This document shows positions 26,701 through 40,200 of a stretch of 64,000 nt of DNA, piece by piece. Under the pieces are notes generated by a model. It was not told the DNA's origin. It did no database searches and saw only the letters and a list, made by a program, of their open reading frames with translations. Within the stretch, counting starts at the first letter, position 1. Each line of letters opens with the position of its first letter. The position numbers and the translations under genes are program-made. The DNA lies in NCBI RefSeq assembly GCF_009914755.1, contig NC_060935.1, one strand, 5' to 3'. This stretch comes from the human T2T-CHM13v2.0 reference genome, Homo sapiens.

Positions 26701-27343
26701 AAGAAGTAGGGAATTTAAGCCTCTTGCCCAAAGTCCTAGAGCTTGTGAGTGCAGGGCTGGGATCCAAGCCCAGATAGACTGGCTCCAGAGCCTCCAGACC
26801 ACACTGTTCTTCCCCAACCCGAGTTTCTAGAGGGATGTCTGATAATGTCACTCTTTTGAGGGAAATTGCCACAGCACTATTAGCCCCCTGTGGCCTTCAG
26901 GATAAAGCTGTGGCATTCATGCCCTGCACAGTCTGACCCCTGCCCTCTTCCCTGACTAGTTTCTCTCCACTTCCCTTTCCACCCCTACCTTCAAGTTGCT
27001 CTAGGAACCACACTGTGTCCATAATCTACTTTGTGTGTTTCCATTTCTGCACCTATCCGTGGGGTCCCTGGGATTGGGATGCCTCTGGGATTGCGATGTC
27101 CATCTGTCCAATCTAACTCATTCTTCAAGGTGAGGCTCAAATGTCACTTTTCTCAGGAAGGTATTTCCCGTCACCAGGGTCAAAATTAATTGCTCCTCTT
27201 CCATTATTAGCTGAGTCACCTGGAGAAAGTTGTTGAACTTCTGAAAACTTCTTCTTTGCAAGATGTCATGGAGCAAGTACCATGTCTGTTTTTTCATTAA
27301 TGTGAATCAGGCACCTAATGCAGTTGCTGGCATACCACAGGTG

Positions 27344-27395
27344 CTTGAGTGTTGACTGAATGAGTCAACCCTTGAGTGTTGACTGAATGAGTCAA
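27344..27395. repeat. Tandem duplication of a 25-bp unit (period 27) carrying AP-1 motifs
   Basis: cttgagtgttgactgaatgagtcaa at 27344-27368 and 27371-27395. Confidence 0.9.
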
Positions 27396-30300
27396 GGATT
27401 TAATGAGAGAAGAGTTGTAATGTATCTAAAATGACAGTGCTGTGCATCATAGCATCCATCCAGCTCTTGCCCCAAGCCGTCTCCTGTTATAGTGAACTAC
27501 GTACACAAGTGTCTGTCAGCTCATCTGTTTGGGGTAGGAACCCCGACTTGTACCTAGAGTAGATGCTCATTAAAAGTTAAGCCGACTGTGAATTCTCCCA
27601 AGCTTCTTATTGCATATGTTCAGTGACTGTTGTCAGGGGAACTGGAAGCAGAGATCCTTAAGTAAAATTTTATTTAAAAATTACTGTGCAAGTAATGCTA
27701 TTTGTTTTTAAAAACAATCAAATGAGAATACAGAGGAGAATACGAAGAAGCCACTACCTCCTCTAAATTGCTGCATGTAGCCATTCTGTTAAGTCTGGAG
27801 GATTTCCTTCTAGGCTCCTCTACAGATATGTACAACCAAATAAATAGATATGAGTGAATGAATATAAGACCATGCTACTCATACAACTAGGTTTTTTTCA
27901 TTCAACAGTAGGTCATAGACAGGTTTCCTAGGCAGCACGTGTAGATCTCTCTTATTGTGGTTTATGGTGGTATGTGCTCCTTTGTGTGGAGGAAGGGGAG
28001 TTTACTGAAACCTGAGGGTGCTCCTGCACCACCACCCAGCTCCGCAGAGCATTTCCCCAGCAATAAGGGAGAGCTAAGAGCATGGGGAATCTGGGGAGAT
28101 GTTTTCTCTCCTAAGAAAGAGGCCAAAACTTGCAATATATAAGTCAGGCCTGGCCAAATGCTGGCCCTGTGTTCCTCCAGTGCATCAAAATGTTTCCATT
28201 CGCCTGTCCAGGCACTAAAAAAATTGATGATTTTCATGATGACATTGGGATCCCAAGGACTCAACAGCACCATGGCCCCAGCTTGATGGCTCAGCCCATT
28301 CTGGCCTGGAATGCCCTGTTTCCATCCAGAAACCCTCTTTCAGCTCTCTGAGGGGCTGATTTTTCCATCCAGTGCCCTACCCTTTGGCCTAGAGAACACA
28401 TTTTCCTGGCATAATTCGACTCAGCCCTAGTCCAGTCTGACTTTGTTCAGTGAGTTGATGACATTGATCCTTCCCTTGTCCCTGGCACTTCCATTTTGCA
28501 GAGCATCTATCAGAGTTTTACAAATATTTAGCTTTAGGAATAGCCTGTAAAAAGAAGCCCAGTTTATGATTCACTCATCAGGTTACTACTAAAAATTAAT
28601 TATGTGCCCAGCGTGCTTCAGATCTTGGGGGGAAGCCAGATAATACAGAATGCCATGGTGATCCTGCCCTGAAGGTAGACGAGGGGCAGGGAAGTGGACT
28701 GATTTCCTACTGTGCGCCAAGCATTTTATGTCATCCGTGGCATTTGGTCCTCATAACAGCAAGGACAGTGAGATTCAGAGAGGCTAAGAAGATTACCAAG
28801 GTCTACACTTACCCAAGTAAGCAGCAGGGTGGCATTTGAGCCCAGGCCTGGATGACTTTAAAAGTCAGGACGTTTCCACAGCATCATGCAACCTCCATGT
28901 TCAAGTCTAATTGAGGTCACAAGTATGATAAACAATTTGATCTTTGTCCTTGTTGGAGGATGTACACCAGGATCTGTGGACATATCTATCAAGCCCCCGC
29001 CACCCTCGGCATTTGGAGGGAAATTGGCTGATGGTACCCTGCCATGTACTGCAGGCCCCAGCTCTGAGACAGCACGGTAGACGACCCGCCTGGGTAGAGC
29101 AGACAGAGGCCCCACCAAAGTTTGCATGTGGAAGTCTCACATTTGGATACATTTAGAGAACCCAATCTGAATCTTCCCCCACTTCTATCTCTGAGCGCTC
29201 CGTTGCCGCCAGCAGGGGCCATCTACTGCCTTGTCCCAAGCCTTTCCAGAAAAGACACTGAGAGGGGCTCCTCAGAAGAGCCAGTGGTGTCCCCTGTGCT
29301 CCTCTCTTGCTAGTCTATGTAATTTCTCAATCTAATTTTACCTGGAAGAGAGTTAGTTAGAGGTGGTAACCATACTTTTTACCTTTAAAAAAATTAGGTG
29401 TCAATACTTCATATATTGATTAATAACAAATATGTTTTGTTGCATCACTGCTCCTCATCGCCATGAAATTCACAGGCTCAGGCTTGGGTACGTGATATAA
29501 CTTTCCAGGCATGTACAACTTATGTTGGACATCAGTCATAAACAAGTAATGAGCAGAAACTGCAAAGCCAGCCACTTCTTTAAGTCTTAAGTGCCTCTCA
29601 GTCAAGACCATCACAGTGTTCTGGAGGGGAAGATGAAAGCCCACTAAATTAGGGCTTCTGGTAACAAGCAAACAAAAAACAGACTCCTGTTTCCTGTTTT
29701 CTGTAGAGTAACACTGGGCATTCAATGAGTGTCCAATGAATGTGAAATCTCTGCTTAGTAACATCCCCAGCCTGTGCATAATGCCCTTCTTCTAAACAGC
29801 ACAGGTATGTGTTTTATGCTATTCACACTGCTGGGAGAAACAGCTAGGGATGGCTGCCATGATTCCTTTTAACATAACTGGGAGAAAGGCAAACAGAGAG
29901 CTTGGGTGCTTTCCGAAGGTCATGGTGAAAGGCCAGCAGAGCCAATTAGAGGCGGGCCCTCTTGCAGCCCTGTTGGTGCTTTCTGGCCAAAGTAGGCCAT
30001 CTATGCTAAAGTTTTGTGGGCATTGGGTCTTTTCTGAGCCCTGCACCTTACCCTGCCTGTGGATCAGTAAACTGACAAGTGATGGGCTTGGCCTGGATTG
30101 GCCAGGGAGTCACCTCAGAAGAGCTTCATGTTCTTACTTGTATGTCTAATGAGCCAACTGCTTCCACAAAGCCATTGTTCAGGGCTGAGGAGTTGGGATT
30201 TCCCCCAGTGGCAGAGCCAGGAGGGGTGGGCCCAGTATTGTGAGATCACAGCAGAAAATGCGTTGGGACTCTTTCTTTGACAACCTTGAAACCCTTTACC

Positions 30301-30879
30301 TTACATCAGGGCTGAGATCTGAATGGTCATGGCAGCAAGGTGGCCGATTAAAACTAAAGGGGATCTTTCCCAGGGATAAAAGGTCTCATGGCAAATACAG
30401 TGCCCTTTTGCTTTTGAGATATAGAGTTGGAGAGATGCTACCTGTCACAGTCTGATCAATCCAGGTCACTTGGGACCACAAGTAGCAGCTGGTTCCTTAG
30501 GAATCTCAGCATTTGAAAAATGTACAAGGCATCACAAATAATTCATGATGTAAATAATTCATACTGAGAAACACACTTAAAAGTAACAGACACACAGACA
30601 CACACATTAGTTTAACATTTTCATTATGTTAGATGAAGGGTGCAAAGATGAATAAGATGCTATGTCTGACCCCCCAGAAGCTCACAGTCTTGGCAAAAAG
30701 ACAAGAAAGGTCCACAATATGGTGTTTACTGTCAAACTCATGAAATGTAGACTGTTCTATTGCTCTAAAAGAGTGGGGAAATAGAAAAGCAGGTGACATT
30801 TGAGTTGAACTTGGAAGAATGAGAAGGGAAATGGGGCTGAAGCTAGAGAGCGAGGGAACAGCATGCCCAGATGCATTTA

Positions 30880-31320
30880 TTTTGCTTATAACTGCAATTT
30901 GAGCAGGGCTTGATGGGGGTAGTTCATCTCTGCTGGGCCCCACTGGGGTGGCTCAAAGACCAGGGGCTAGAACAGTGGGGGGTCCTGGGGCATCTTCATT
31001 TCATTGTGGTCTCTTCTCAGGGTCCCTCTGGCATAGTCCAGGGAAGCTGGACTTGCTGCATGATAGCTCAGGATGTCAAAGGGACATGTTGAGAACACAA
31101 GGCAGGAGATTTCTCCTTTCATGACCTAGCCTCAGAGGTCACTCAGCCTCACTTCTGCCACATCTACTGCCAAGATAGTTACAAAGGCCTGCCTGGGTTT
31201 GAGAGGTGAGGGTAAGGGGATAAACTTCATCTCTTTACATGAAAATGGCAAGGTTCCAGAAAAGTACACAGGACCAGAAACACTGCTGTGCCCACTTTGG
31301 AAAACAAAGTCTGCTACAGT
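30880..31320. mobile_element. MLT1-like MaLR LTR (degenerate)
   Basis: ctgcaatttgagcagggcttgatggggg...tcatgacctagcctcagaggtcactcagcctcacttctgccacat. Boundaries approximate. Confidence 0.5.
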
Positions 31321-32854
31321 GGTATCAGCTGTGGGCCAGATGCAGCATCAGAAGTTTTACATACATTTTCTCATTTTCCTCTCCCTTCTGCCTGTGAGGC
31401 AGGCGTCATTCTCCTCATCTCATCTATCAGGAAGTTGAGGCTTGCAGATGGGAAGTGGCCTGCCTGAAGTCACACAGCCAAGAAGCGGAGAAGCCAGCCC
31501 CAAGTGCAAGACTGAGGGCCCCAAAGCCTCTTACCCTCTCACTGCTGCTGCTTCAGCCTTAGGAAGGAAAGCACGGAGACAGTCCCAGAATGTTGCTACT
31601 ACTACATAGGGAAGAAGATTTATGAGCTGTACAGGCAGTTGAATCAACCGATCTTGCTGACCAATTGAATTCATACCGTATCTGCATCAGATACGCTATA
31701 GGGCAGACTTTTTATTGTGTGAGCCATTGTAAAGCACTGCAAATCCACTCCCCACATTCACACCAGGGACTTAGAGCTGACAATTACAGATCACTTACCA
31801 AGGGGCTGGGCTTTGTGCTAAGCCCTTTGCAGCCATCATCTAATTTAATATTCACAGTAACCGTTGAGATGGATATTATTATTGTTATTACTCTTAGGCT
31901 TAAAGACATTAATAGATGTGACATGAGAGGACATCACCCCAAGGGATCCATCCACCCACATGAAATCTTTCCACATCCAGCAGTGTGATAGCCTGAATGG
32001 ATGCACTCTCGGCCATGGAGTGGTTAGGAAAGTCTCTCTCTCTGGAGTCAGACTGGGAGAGTTGGAAACCAGCTCCACTAGCTGTGTAACCTTGGGCCAG
32101 TCACTTAACCTTTCAGTGCATCAGTGTCCTCACCTATCAAATGGGAATAACGGTCCCCTTCTGACAGAGGTTCCCATGAGGAGCATGAGACAAGCCTGAA
32201 CAGTATTCAGTGCAACCTTGGCACAGAAAGAGCTCTCCATCTGTTCAGCTATCATTATTAACATGGAGCTGATGCCCATGGCTGCTTGGGCTTGACTCAC
32301 AGACCACGAGATTTCATGGTTCAGTGATCGGCACTGTTTTCTACAGAGGGCCAGGAAGCAACTTGTTTACACTCGCCTTGTTGGGGTGGAGGTGGGGGTA
32401 AACCTTCCTAGGCACACACAAAGGATCAACCAACCAGTGAAATGGGCAATGAGGTCAGGGTGTGAAGGGAGGAATTTGCAGATGCACTGCAGCTTCTTGG
32501 ATGCTGGAACCTGCAGAGAGCTGGCCCCAACCCCAGGGGTGCAACTGATGCACTGAGTCAGGGCCTGCACCCTTGTGCCTGGTGAGGGCAGGAGGCCCTG
32601 GATTTAGGCTTATGTGGTCTTGCTTAGCAAAGCAAGGACCTTCATTTTTAGCCAAACTCACTTCTGCTTTGAGGAGAAAAGAAGGGAGGTATCTTGATTA
32701 TACACAGGGAGGCAGAATGGAGCAAGGACCTGCTTCAAACTTTGAATTAGGTCCAATTTTTTTACCAGCTGGGACTCTATCCAGAGTCTTCTGTCACATG
32801 GGAAAATCATCCTGGCTGGGGTATCATCCTACTGTTAATAAAGCTGCACAGAGA

Positions 32855-33165
32855 GTCCCAGTACAGTGGCTACTGCCTGTAATTCCAGCACTTTGGGAGA
32901 CCAAGGTGGGAGGATCACTGAGGCCAGGAGTTTGAGACCAGCCCAGGCAACATAGTGAAACCCCATCTCTACAAAAAATTTAAAAATTAGCTGTGTGGGG
33001 GCACTCATGCCTGTAATCCCAGCACTTGGGGAGGTCAAGGCAGGAGGATCACTTGAGCCCAGGAGTTTGAGGCTATAGTGAGCCATGATTGTGCCACTGC
33101 ACTTCAACCTAAGCAACAAAGAGAGATGTGGTCTTAAATAAATAAATATATATATAAATAAATAG
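32855..33165 (+). mobile_element. AluJ-family SINE
   Basis: ggaggatcact...gagcccaggagtttgaggctatagtgagccatgatt (AluJ diagnostics), with a (TAAA)/(TA) tail. Confidence 0.9.
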
Positions 33166-33931
33166 AGCTAACAATGGAGAGGCTTCTATTAAGATCAGCA
33201 GGCAAGTGCCTCCAAGGAATCAGCCCACAGCCAGACTGAAGGGAGCTGGGCAGGGAGCTCCTCAGAAGAGCTTTACAGTCTTCATAAAAGCTTTTACAGG
33301 TACTTTCAGAAGAGTGAATAGAGAACCAAGACCCAGAGCTCCAGAATGTCCCTATTTTTTGGCTTACCTACCCTGGGGGACATCCATTGTTGCATTGCGG
33401 GGGTGCCCAGCACCTTTCCCCCTTTGTCTGGCCCTCTAACCTGATGGCTGGACTAGGGGCTGCTGTCCTCTTACAGACCACACTTCCTGTCTGTTACTGG
33501 CAGGCTCAGGCTACTTCCTTCACCACTCACCTCCTCTTTACCGCAGGTGACGCAGGTATCTATGCTGGACCTGTTAGGCAGAAAGTCCTCTGCTGGCATT
33601 CTGCATCCCCTCCATACAGAATTGTTCAGCTTGAACCAGGTTCCAGTCCTCTCTGGCAGAAGAGCTGGAATCAGCCATTGGACAGGTACCCAGCATTATG
33701 GAAGCAGGTCTGAGAGAGAATACAGCAGACAGAAGTGGAGAGGAGAAGCTAGGAGTATCCTGGCTGTGTTCCTGCCCATAGTTCCCATCATCCTAAGCCC
33801 AGGTGCAACCAGGTGTCCTAGTTGATTTGGTTATGTGAACCAATACATCACTCCTTTAGCCTTAGCTAGCATGTTGGCTTACTCTCCTTTGGTGCCAGAA
33901 AAGGCCCAAGTAAGGCAAACATATGGAGGGC

Positions 33932-34297
33932 TGTATTAGTCTGTTCTCACACTGCTAATAAAGACATATCCAAGACTGGATAATTTATAAATAAAAAGAG
34001 GTTTAATGGACTCTCATTTCCACATGGCTAGGGAGGCCTCACAATCATGCCGGAAGGTGAATGAGGAGCAAAGTCATGTCTTACATGGCGGCAGGCAAGG
34101 CAAGAGAGCTTGTTCAGGGAAACTCCCCTTTATAAAACCATCAGCTCTCGTGAGACTTACTATCATGAGAATAGCACGGGAAAGACCCGCCTCCATGATT
34201 CAATTACGTCCGACCAGGTCCCTCCCATGACATGAGGGAATTGTGAGAGCTACAATTCAAGATGAGATTTGGGTGGGGACACAGTCAAACCATATCA
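33932..34297 (-). mobile_element. THE1-type MaLR solo LTR
   Basis: tgtattagtctgttctcacactgctaataaagacat...gagatttgggtggggacacagtcaaaccatatca, 366 bp with TG...CA ends. 5-bp TSD AGGGC at 33927-33931 and 34298-34302. Confidence 0.92.
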
Positions 34298-36552
34298 AGG
34301 GCTCACAATAAAGGGTAATTAGAAGATACATTATATGTCCTTGCCCCTCAGGCTTCCATAAAACCTCCCTTCCAAACACTTCAACACCAGTCCATCATGT
34401 GTAATCACAGTGGACTTCCTGTTGGAAGACCTGCTGAAGTAGCACTCCAAAGGCTCCAAAGGTGGGATACCCATCCCCTCCTTAGGTATCAGCAACTCCT
34501 CAGGCTTTCTGTTCAACTACATCTACTTTTTGTTCCTTCCCTTTCTTCTCCTATTCCCATCCCTTCCTTTCCTTTCTGAAAAGAAAAAAAAACAAAAACA
34601 AAACAACAACAATAAAGAATATAGACATGCCTGGCTTAAAAACTCAGCCTTCCTAACAGGTGGCCACATGCTTCCTGAGATCTGGTGACAAGGAATGATC
34701 CTTTACTTCCTACAGTGCATTTCAAGTAGGAGTTTTAAAAGACTCTGTTTACCCAAAACTTTCAAAGAGCTCATCAATTTTGTGTTCTGAAAATCTGTCA
34801 CTCCTTTTTCTTATCTCCTTTGAACTTCACTAGCATTTTGCTCAGTATATCCGAATATGGGCATTTTTGCCTCTCTCACATTTGATTGCTTGCTTGTGTT
34901 TTCTTTCCTTTTTAGTTGACATGTACTAATTGCAAATATTTACAGAAGAGATATATTTTGATTCTTGTATACAACATGTAATGATCAAAACAGTAATTAG
35001 TACATCCATCACTTCAGACACTTCTCATTTGTGTTGGGAACAATCAAAATCCTCTTTTCTAGCTTTTTGAAAATATACAATAAATTATTGATAACTACAT
35101 TCACCATACAGTGCTATAGAACACTAGAATTTATTCCTGTGATTTTGTATTCGTTTACCAACCTCTTTCTAGCCTTTCTTTTCCCCTTCCCCTTCCTAGC
35201 CTCTAATAACTGCAATTCTGTTCTCTACTTCAATGAGCTTGACCTTTTTTAGCCCCCACATGAGTGAGAACATACTATATTTATCTTTCTGTGCCTGACT
35301 TATTTCACTTAATTATAATTCACTTAACTATGAACTCTAGGCTTATCCATCTTGCTGCAAATGACAGGATTTCATTTTTTATGGCTGAATAGTATTCCAT
35401 TGCATATATGTGCCACATTTTCTTTACCCATTCATCTGCTCATGAACATTTAGGTTAATTCCATGTCTTGGCTATCATGAATACTGCCATGATAAACATG
35501 GGGTGCAGGTATTCCTTTAGTATATCTATTTCTTTTCCTTTGGATAAATACCAGTGGTGAGATTGCTAGATCATATGGTAGTTCTATATATTTTTTTGAG
35601 AAAACTTCATACTGTTTTCCACAATGTCTGTAATGAATTTACACTTCCACCAACAATGTAGAAGATGTCCCTTTTCTCCATATCTTCACCAGCATTTTTT
35701 TTTTGTCTTTTTGATAAAAGCCATTCTAACTGGGGTAAGATAATATCTCATTGTGGTTTTGATTTGTATTTCCCTGATGATACGTTTAGAAGTGTTTTTT
35801 GTATACTTGGCCATTTGTATGTCTTTTTTAGAGAAATGTTTATTCAGATCCTTCGCCCATTTTTCAATTTGAATTTTATTTGCAATTGAGTTGTTTGATT
35901 TTCTTATATATTTTGAATATTAGTCCCTTGTCAGATGTCTACTTTGCAAATACTTTTTTCCATTCTACAGATTGTGTCTTTACTCTGTTGATTCCTTTGC
36001 TGTGCAGAAGCTTGCTAGTTTGATATGGTCCCATTTGTCTATTTTAGTTTTTGTTGTCTGTGCTTTTGAAGTCTTACACATAAAATATTTGCCTAGATAA
36101 ATGCCGTGACACATTTTCCCTATGTTTTCTTCCAGTAGTTTTACAGTGTTAAGCCTTACATTTATGTCTTTAATCCATTTGGGGTTGATTTTTGTATGTG
36201 GTGGTACATATTCTTCTGCATAAGAATATCCAGTTTTCCTAGCACCAGCAACTGAAGAGGGTGTCTTTTCCCCAGTGTATGTTCTTGGCATCTTGGTCAA
36301 AAATCAGTTGGCTGTAAACACATGGATTTCTAGGTTCTCTATTCTGTTCCATTGGTCTATGTGTCTGTTTTTATACCAATACCATGTTGTTTTGGTTACT
36401 ATACTAGCTTTGTAGTATATTTTGAAGTTAGGTAGTGTTAGGCTTCTAGCTTTGCTATTTTTGCTCAGTATTGCTTTGGCAATTTCGGTTTTTATGTGGT
36501 TCCATACAAATATTAAGATTGCTTTTCTATTTCTGTAAAGAATGTCATTGGT

Positions 36553-36855
<303 letters not shown>

Positions 36856-36984
36856 TCATTGGTATTTTGATAGGGATTGCATTGAACCTGTAGATTTCGG
36901 CGGCATGGTCATTTTAGCAATATTAATTCTTCTAATCCATGAGCATGGAGTGGCTTTTTATTTCTTGATATCCTCTTTAATTTT

Positions 36985-37248
36985 TTAAAATTATTTATTT
37001 TTATTTTACTTTAAACTCCAGGATACATGTGCAGATCGTGCAGGTTTATTACATAGGTGTATATGTGTCATGGTGGTCTGCTACACCTATTAACCCATCA
37101 TCTAGGTTCCACCCCCTCACCCTCCGACCCCCCAACAGGCCCTGGTGTGTGTTATTCCCCTCGCTGTGTCCATGTGTTCTCATTGTTCAACTCCCAGTTA
37201 TGAATGAGAACGTGGTATTTGGTTTTCTGTTCATGTATTAGTTTGTTG
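36985..37248 (-). mobile_element. Short L1PA 3' end inserted in L1MA
   Basis: ttttactttaaactccaggatacatgtgcag...ctcccagttatgaatgagaac. Approximate TSD ATCCTYTTTAATTT. Confidence 0.8.
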
Positions 37249-40200
37249 CATCCTTTTTAATTTCATTCATCAGTGATTTGTAATTTTCATTATAGAGATC
37301 TTTCACCTCCTTGGTTAAATTTATTCCTAAGTCTTTTTTTGATAATTATTATAAATGAGATTGCCTTTTTGAAATCTTTTTTAGCCAATTTGTTATTAGT
37401 ATATAGAAATACTATTTTTGTATGTTGATTTCGTATCCCACAATTTTTCTCAGTTCATTTATCAGTTCTGAAAGGTGTTGTTGTTGTTTTTTTTTTTGGT
37501 AGAGTCTTTAGGTATTTCTATATGTAAGATTATGTTGTCTGCAAAGAGGAACCATTTGACTTATTCTTTTCCAATTTGGATGCACTTTATTTTATTATCT
37601 TGCCTAATTGCTCTGGCTAGGACTTTCAGTACTATGTTGAATAAAAGTGGTGGAAATAGGCATTTATGTCTTGTTCAGGTTTTTACCTTTTCTTTGTTCA
37701 GTATGATGTCAGCTGTGGGCTTGTCATATATGGCTTTTGTTGTGCTGATGTATGTTCCTAATGTGCCTAATTTTCTGAGAATTTTTTTAAGATGAAAGAA
37801 TATTGGATTTTATCAAATGCTTTTTCTGCATCTATTGAGATTATCATATGATTTTGGTCCTTCATTCTGCTGATGTATCACATTTATTGATTTGTGTATG
37901 TTGAACCACCCTTGTTTCCTTGGGATAAATCCCACTTGATCATGTTGTATTATCTTTTTGATGTGCTGCTGGATTTAGTTTGCTAGTATTTTATTGGAGA
38001 TTTTTGTGTTTATGTTTATCAGGGGTATTAGCCTGTAATTTTCTTTTTTATTGTGTCTTTGTCTGGTTTTGGTATTAGGGTAATACTGGCCTTGTAGAAT
38101 AAAAAAAAATTCCTATCTCTTCATTTTTTGGGAATAGTTTGAGAGGAAGTGGCGTTACTTCTTATTTAAATGTTTGATAGAATTCAGCAGTAAAGCCATC
38201 CACTCCTGGGCATTTATTGGGAGACTGTTTATTACTGAATGAATCTTGTTACTTATTATTGGTCTGTTCACATATTCTATTTATTCATGGTTCAATCTTG
38301 GTAGGTTATATGTGCCCAAGAATTTATCCATTTCTAGGTTTTCCAATTTGTTGACATACAGTTGTTCATAATAGTCTCAGATGAAACTTTGTATTTCTGT
38401 GGTATCAGTTATGAGGTCTCCTTTTTCTCTGATGTTTTTTATTTAGGCCTTCTCTCTTATTTCTTCATCTAGTTAGTGATTTTTCAATTTTGTTTATTTT
38501 TTCAGCAAGCCAACTTTTCATTTTATGTATCTTTTTGCATTTTTTCCTATTTCTCTTTTTTGATTAGTTCTTCTCTGATCTTTATAATTCCTTTCTTTCT
38601 AATTTGGGGTTTGGTTTGTTCTTTTTTTTCTACTTCCCTGAGGTGCATTGTTAGCTTGTTTATTTGAAATCTTTCCACTTTTCTGATGTAGGCATTTGCT
38701 GTGAACTTCCCTCTTAGTACTGATTTTGATGTATCTCATAGGTTTGGGTATGTTGTGTTTCTAGTTTCACTTGTTTTAAGAAATGTTTTGATATCTTTCT
38801 CAATTTCATCATAGACCCATTGGTTGTTCAGGAGCACGTTGTTTAACTTTTAATTATTTGTACAACTTCCAAAGTTCTTATTATTGATTTTCAGTTTTGG
38901 TACATTGTAGTCTGAAAAGACACTTGATATAATTTCAGTTTTTAAAAATTTGTTGAGACTTGTTTTGTAGCCTAACGTACAGTCTATCCTAGAGAATGTT
39001 CATGTGCTGATGAAAAGAGCGTATTCTGCAGCTGTTGGATGAAATGTTCTATAAATGTCTGTTAGGTTCATTTTGTTGATAGTACAGTTTAAGTTTCATG
39101 TTTCTGTTGATTTTGTCTAGATGAGCTAACCAGTTCTGAAAGTGGGGTGCTGAAGTCCCCAACTATTATTGTATTGAGGTATCTCTAACTCTAATAACAT
39201 TTGCTTTATATATCTGGGTGCTCTGATGTTGGGTGCACATAATTTACAATTGCTATCTTCTCTTGCTGAGTTTATCTCTTTATCATTATATGATGGCCTT
39301 TTCTGCCTCTTTTTATGCTTTTGATTTAAAGTCTACTTTGTCTGATATAAGCGTAACTACTCCTGCACACTTTTTTCTGCTTGCATGGAATATCTTTTTT
39401 CATCCCTTCACATTCGGTCTGTGTGTCTTTACAGGTGAGGTGAATTTCTTGCAGTCAGCATATAGTTGAGTCTTGCTTTTTAAAAATTCATTCAGCCAGT
39501 CTATATCTTTTAGCTGAGAGCTTTAAACAATTTACATGTAAGGTTGCTATTGGCAGATGAGGACTTACTGCTGTATTTAGTTAATTATTTTCTGATAGTT
39601 TTGCATATCATTTTCTTTTTCTTCCTCTTATTGTTTATCTTTTGTGCTTGGTAGTTTTTTATAATAATAACATTTGATTCTTTTTTTCTCACTTGTATAT
39701 CTGTTCTACCAGTGAGTTTTATACTTCTGTGTGTTTTCATGAGGATAGATATTGTTCTTTTGTTTCCAGATGCTCACTTAAGCATTTCTTGTAGGACTGG
39801 TCTAGTGGTGTTAAATTCCCTCAGTTTTTGTCTGAGAAAAGAGTTTATTTCTTTTTCATTTCTGAAGGATAGCTTTCTCTGTGTAGCATTCTTGGCTGGC
39901 AGGGTTTTTTTAAAAACAAAACAAAACAAAACAAAAACCACTTTGACTTTATTATCTCCTGGCCTATAAGGTTTCTTCTTAGAAATATGCTGTTAGTTTG
40001 GTGGAAATTCTCTTACATGTGACTTGATTATTTTCTTTTGCTATTATTAGAATCCTCTTTGTCTTTGACTTTTCATAGTTTAAGTGTAATATGCCTCTGG
40101 GAGGACCTTTTTGGGTTGAATCTATTTGGGAATCTTTTAAGCTTCTTGTATTTAGATGTATCTCTCTGAAGACTTGGGAACTGTTCAGCTATTATTTTAT

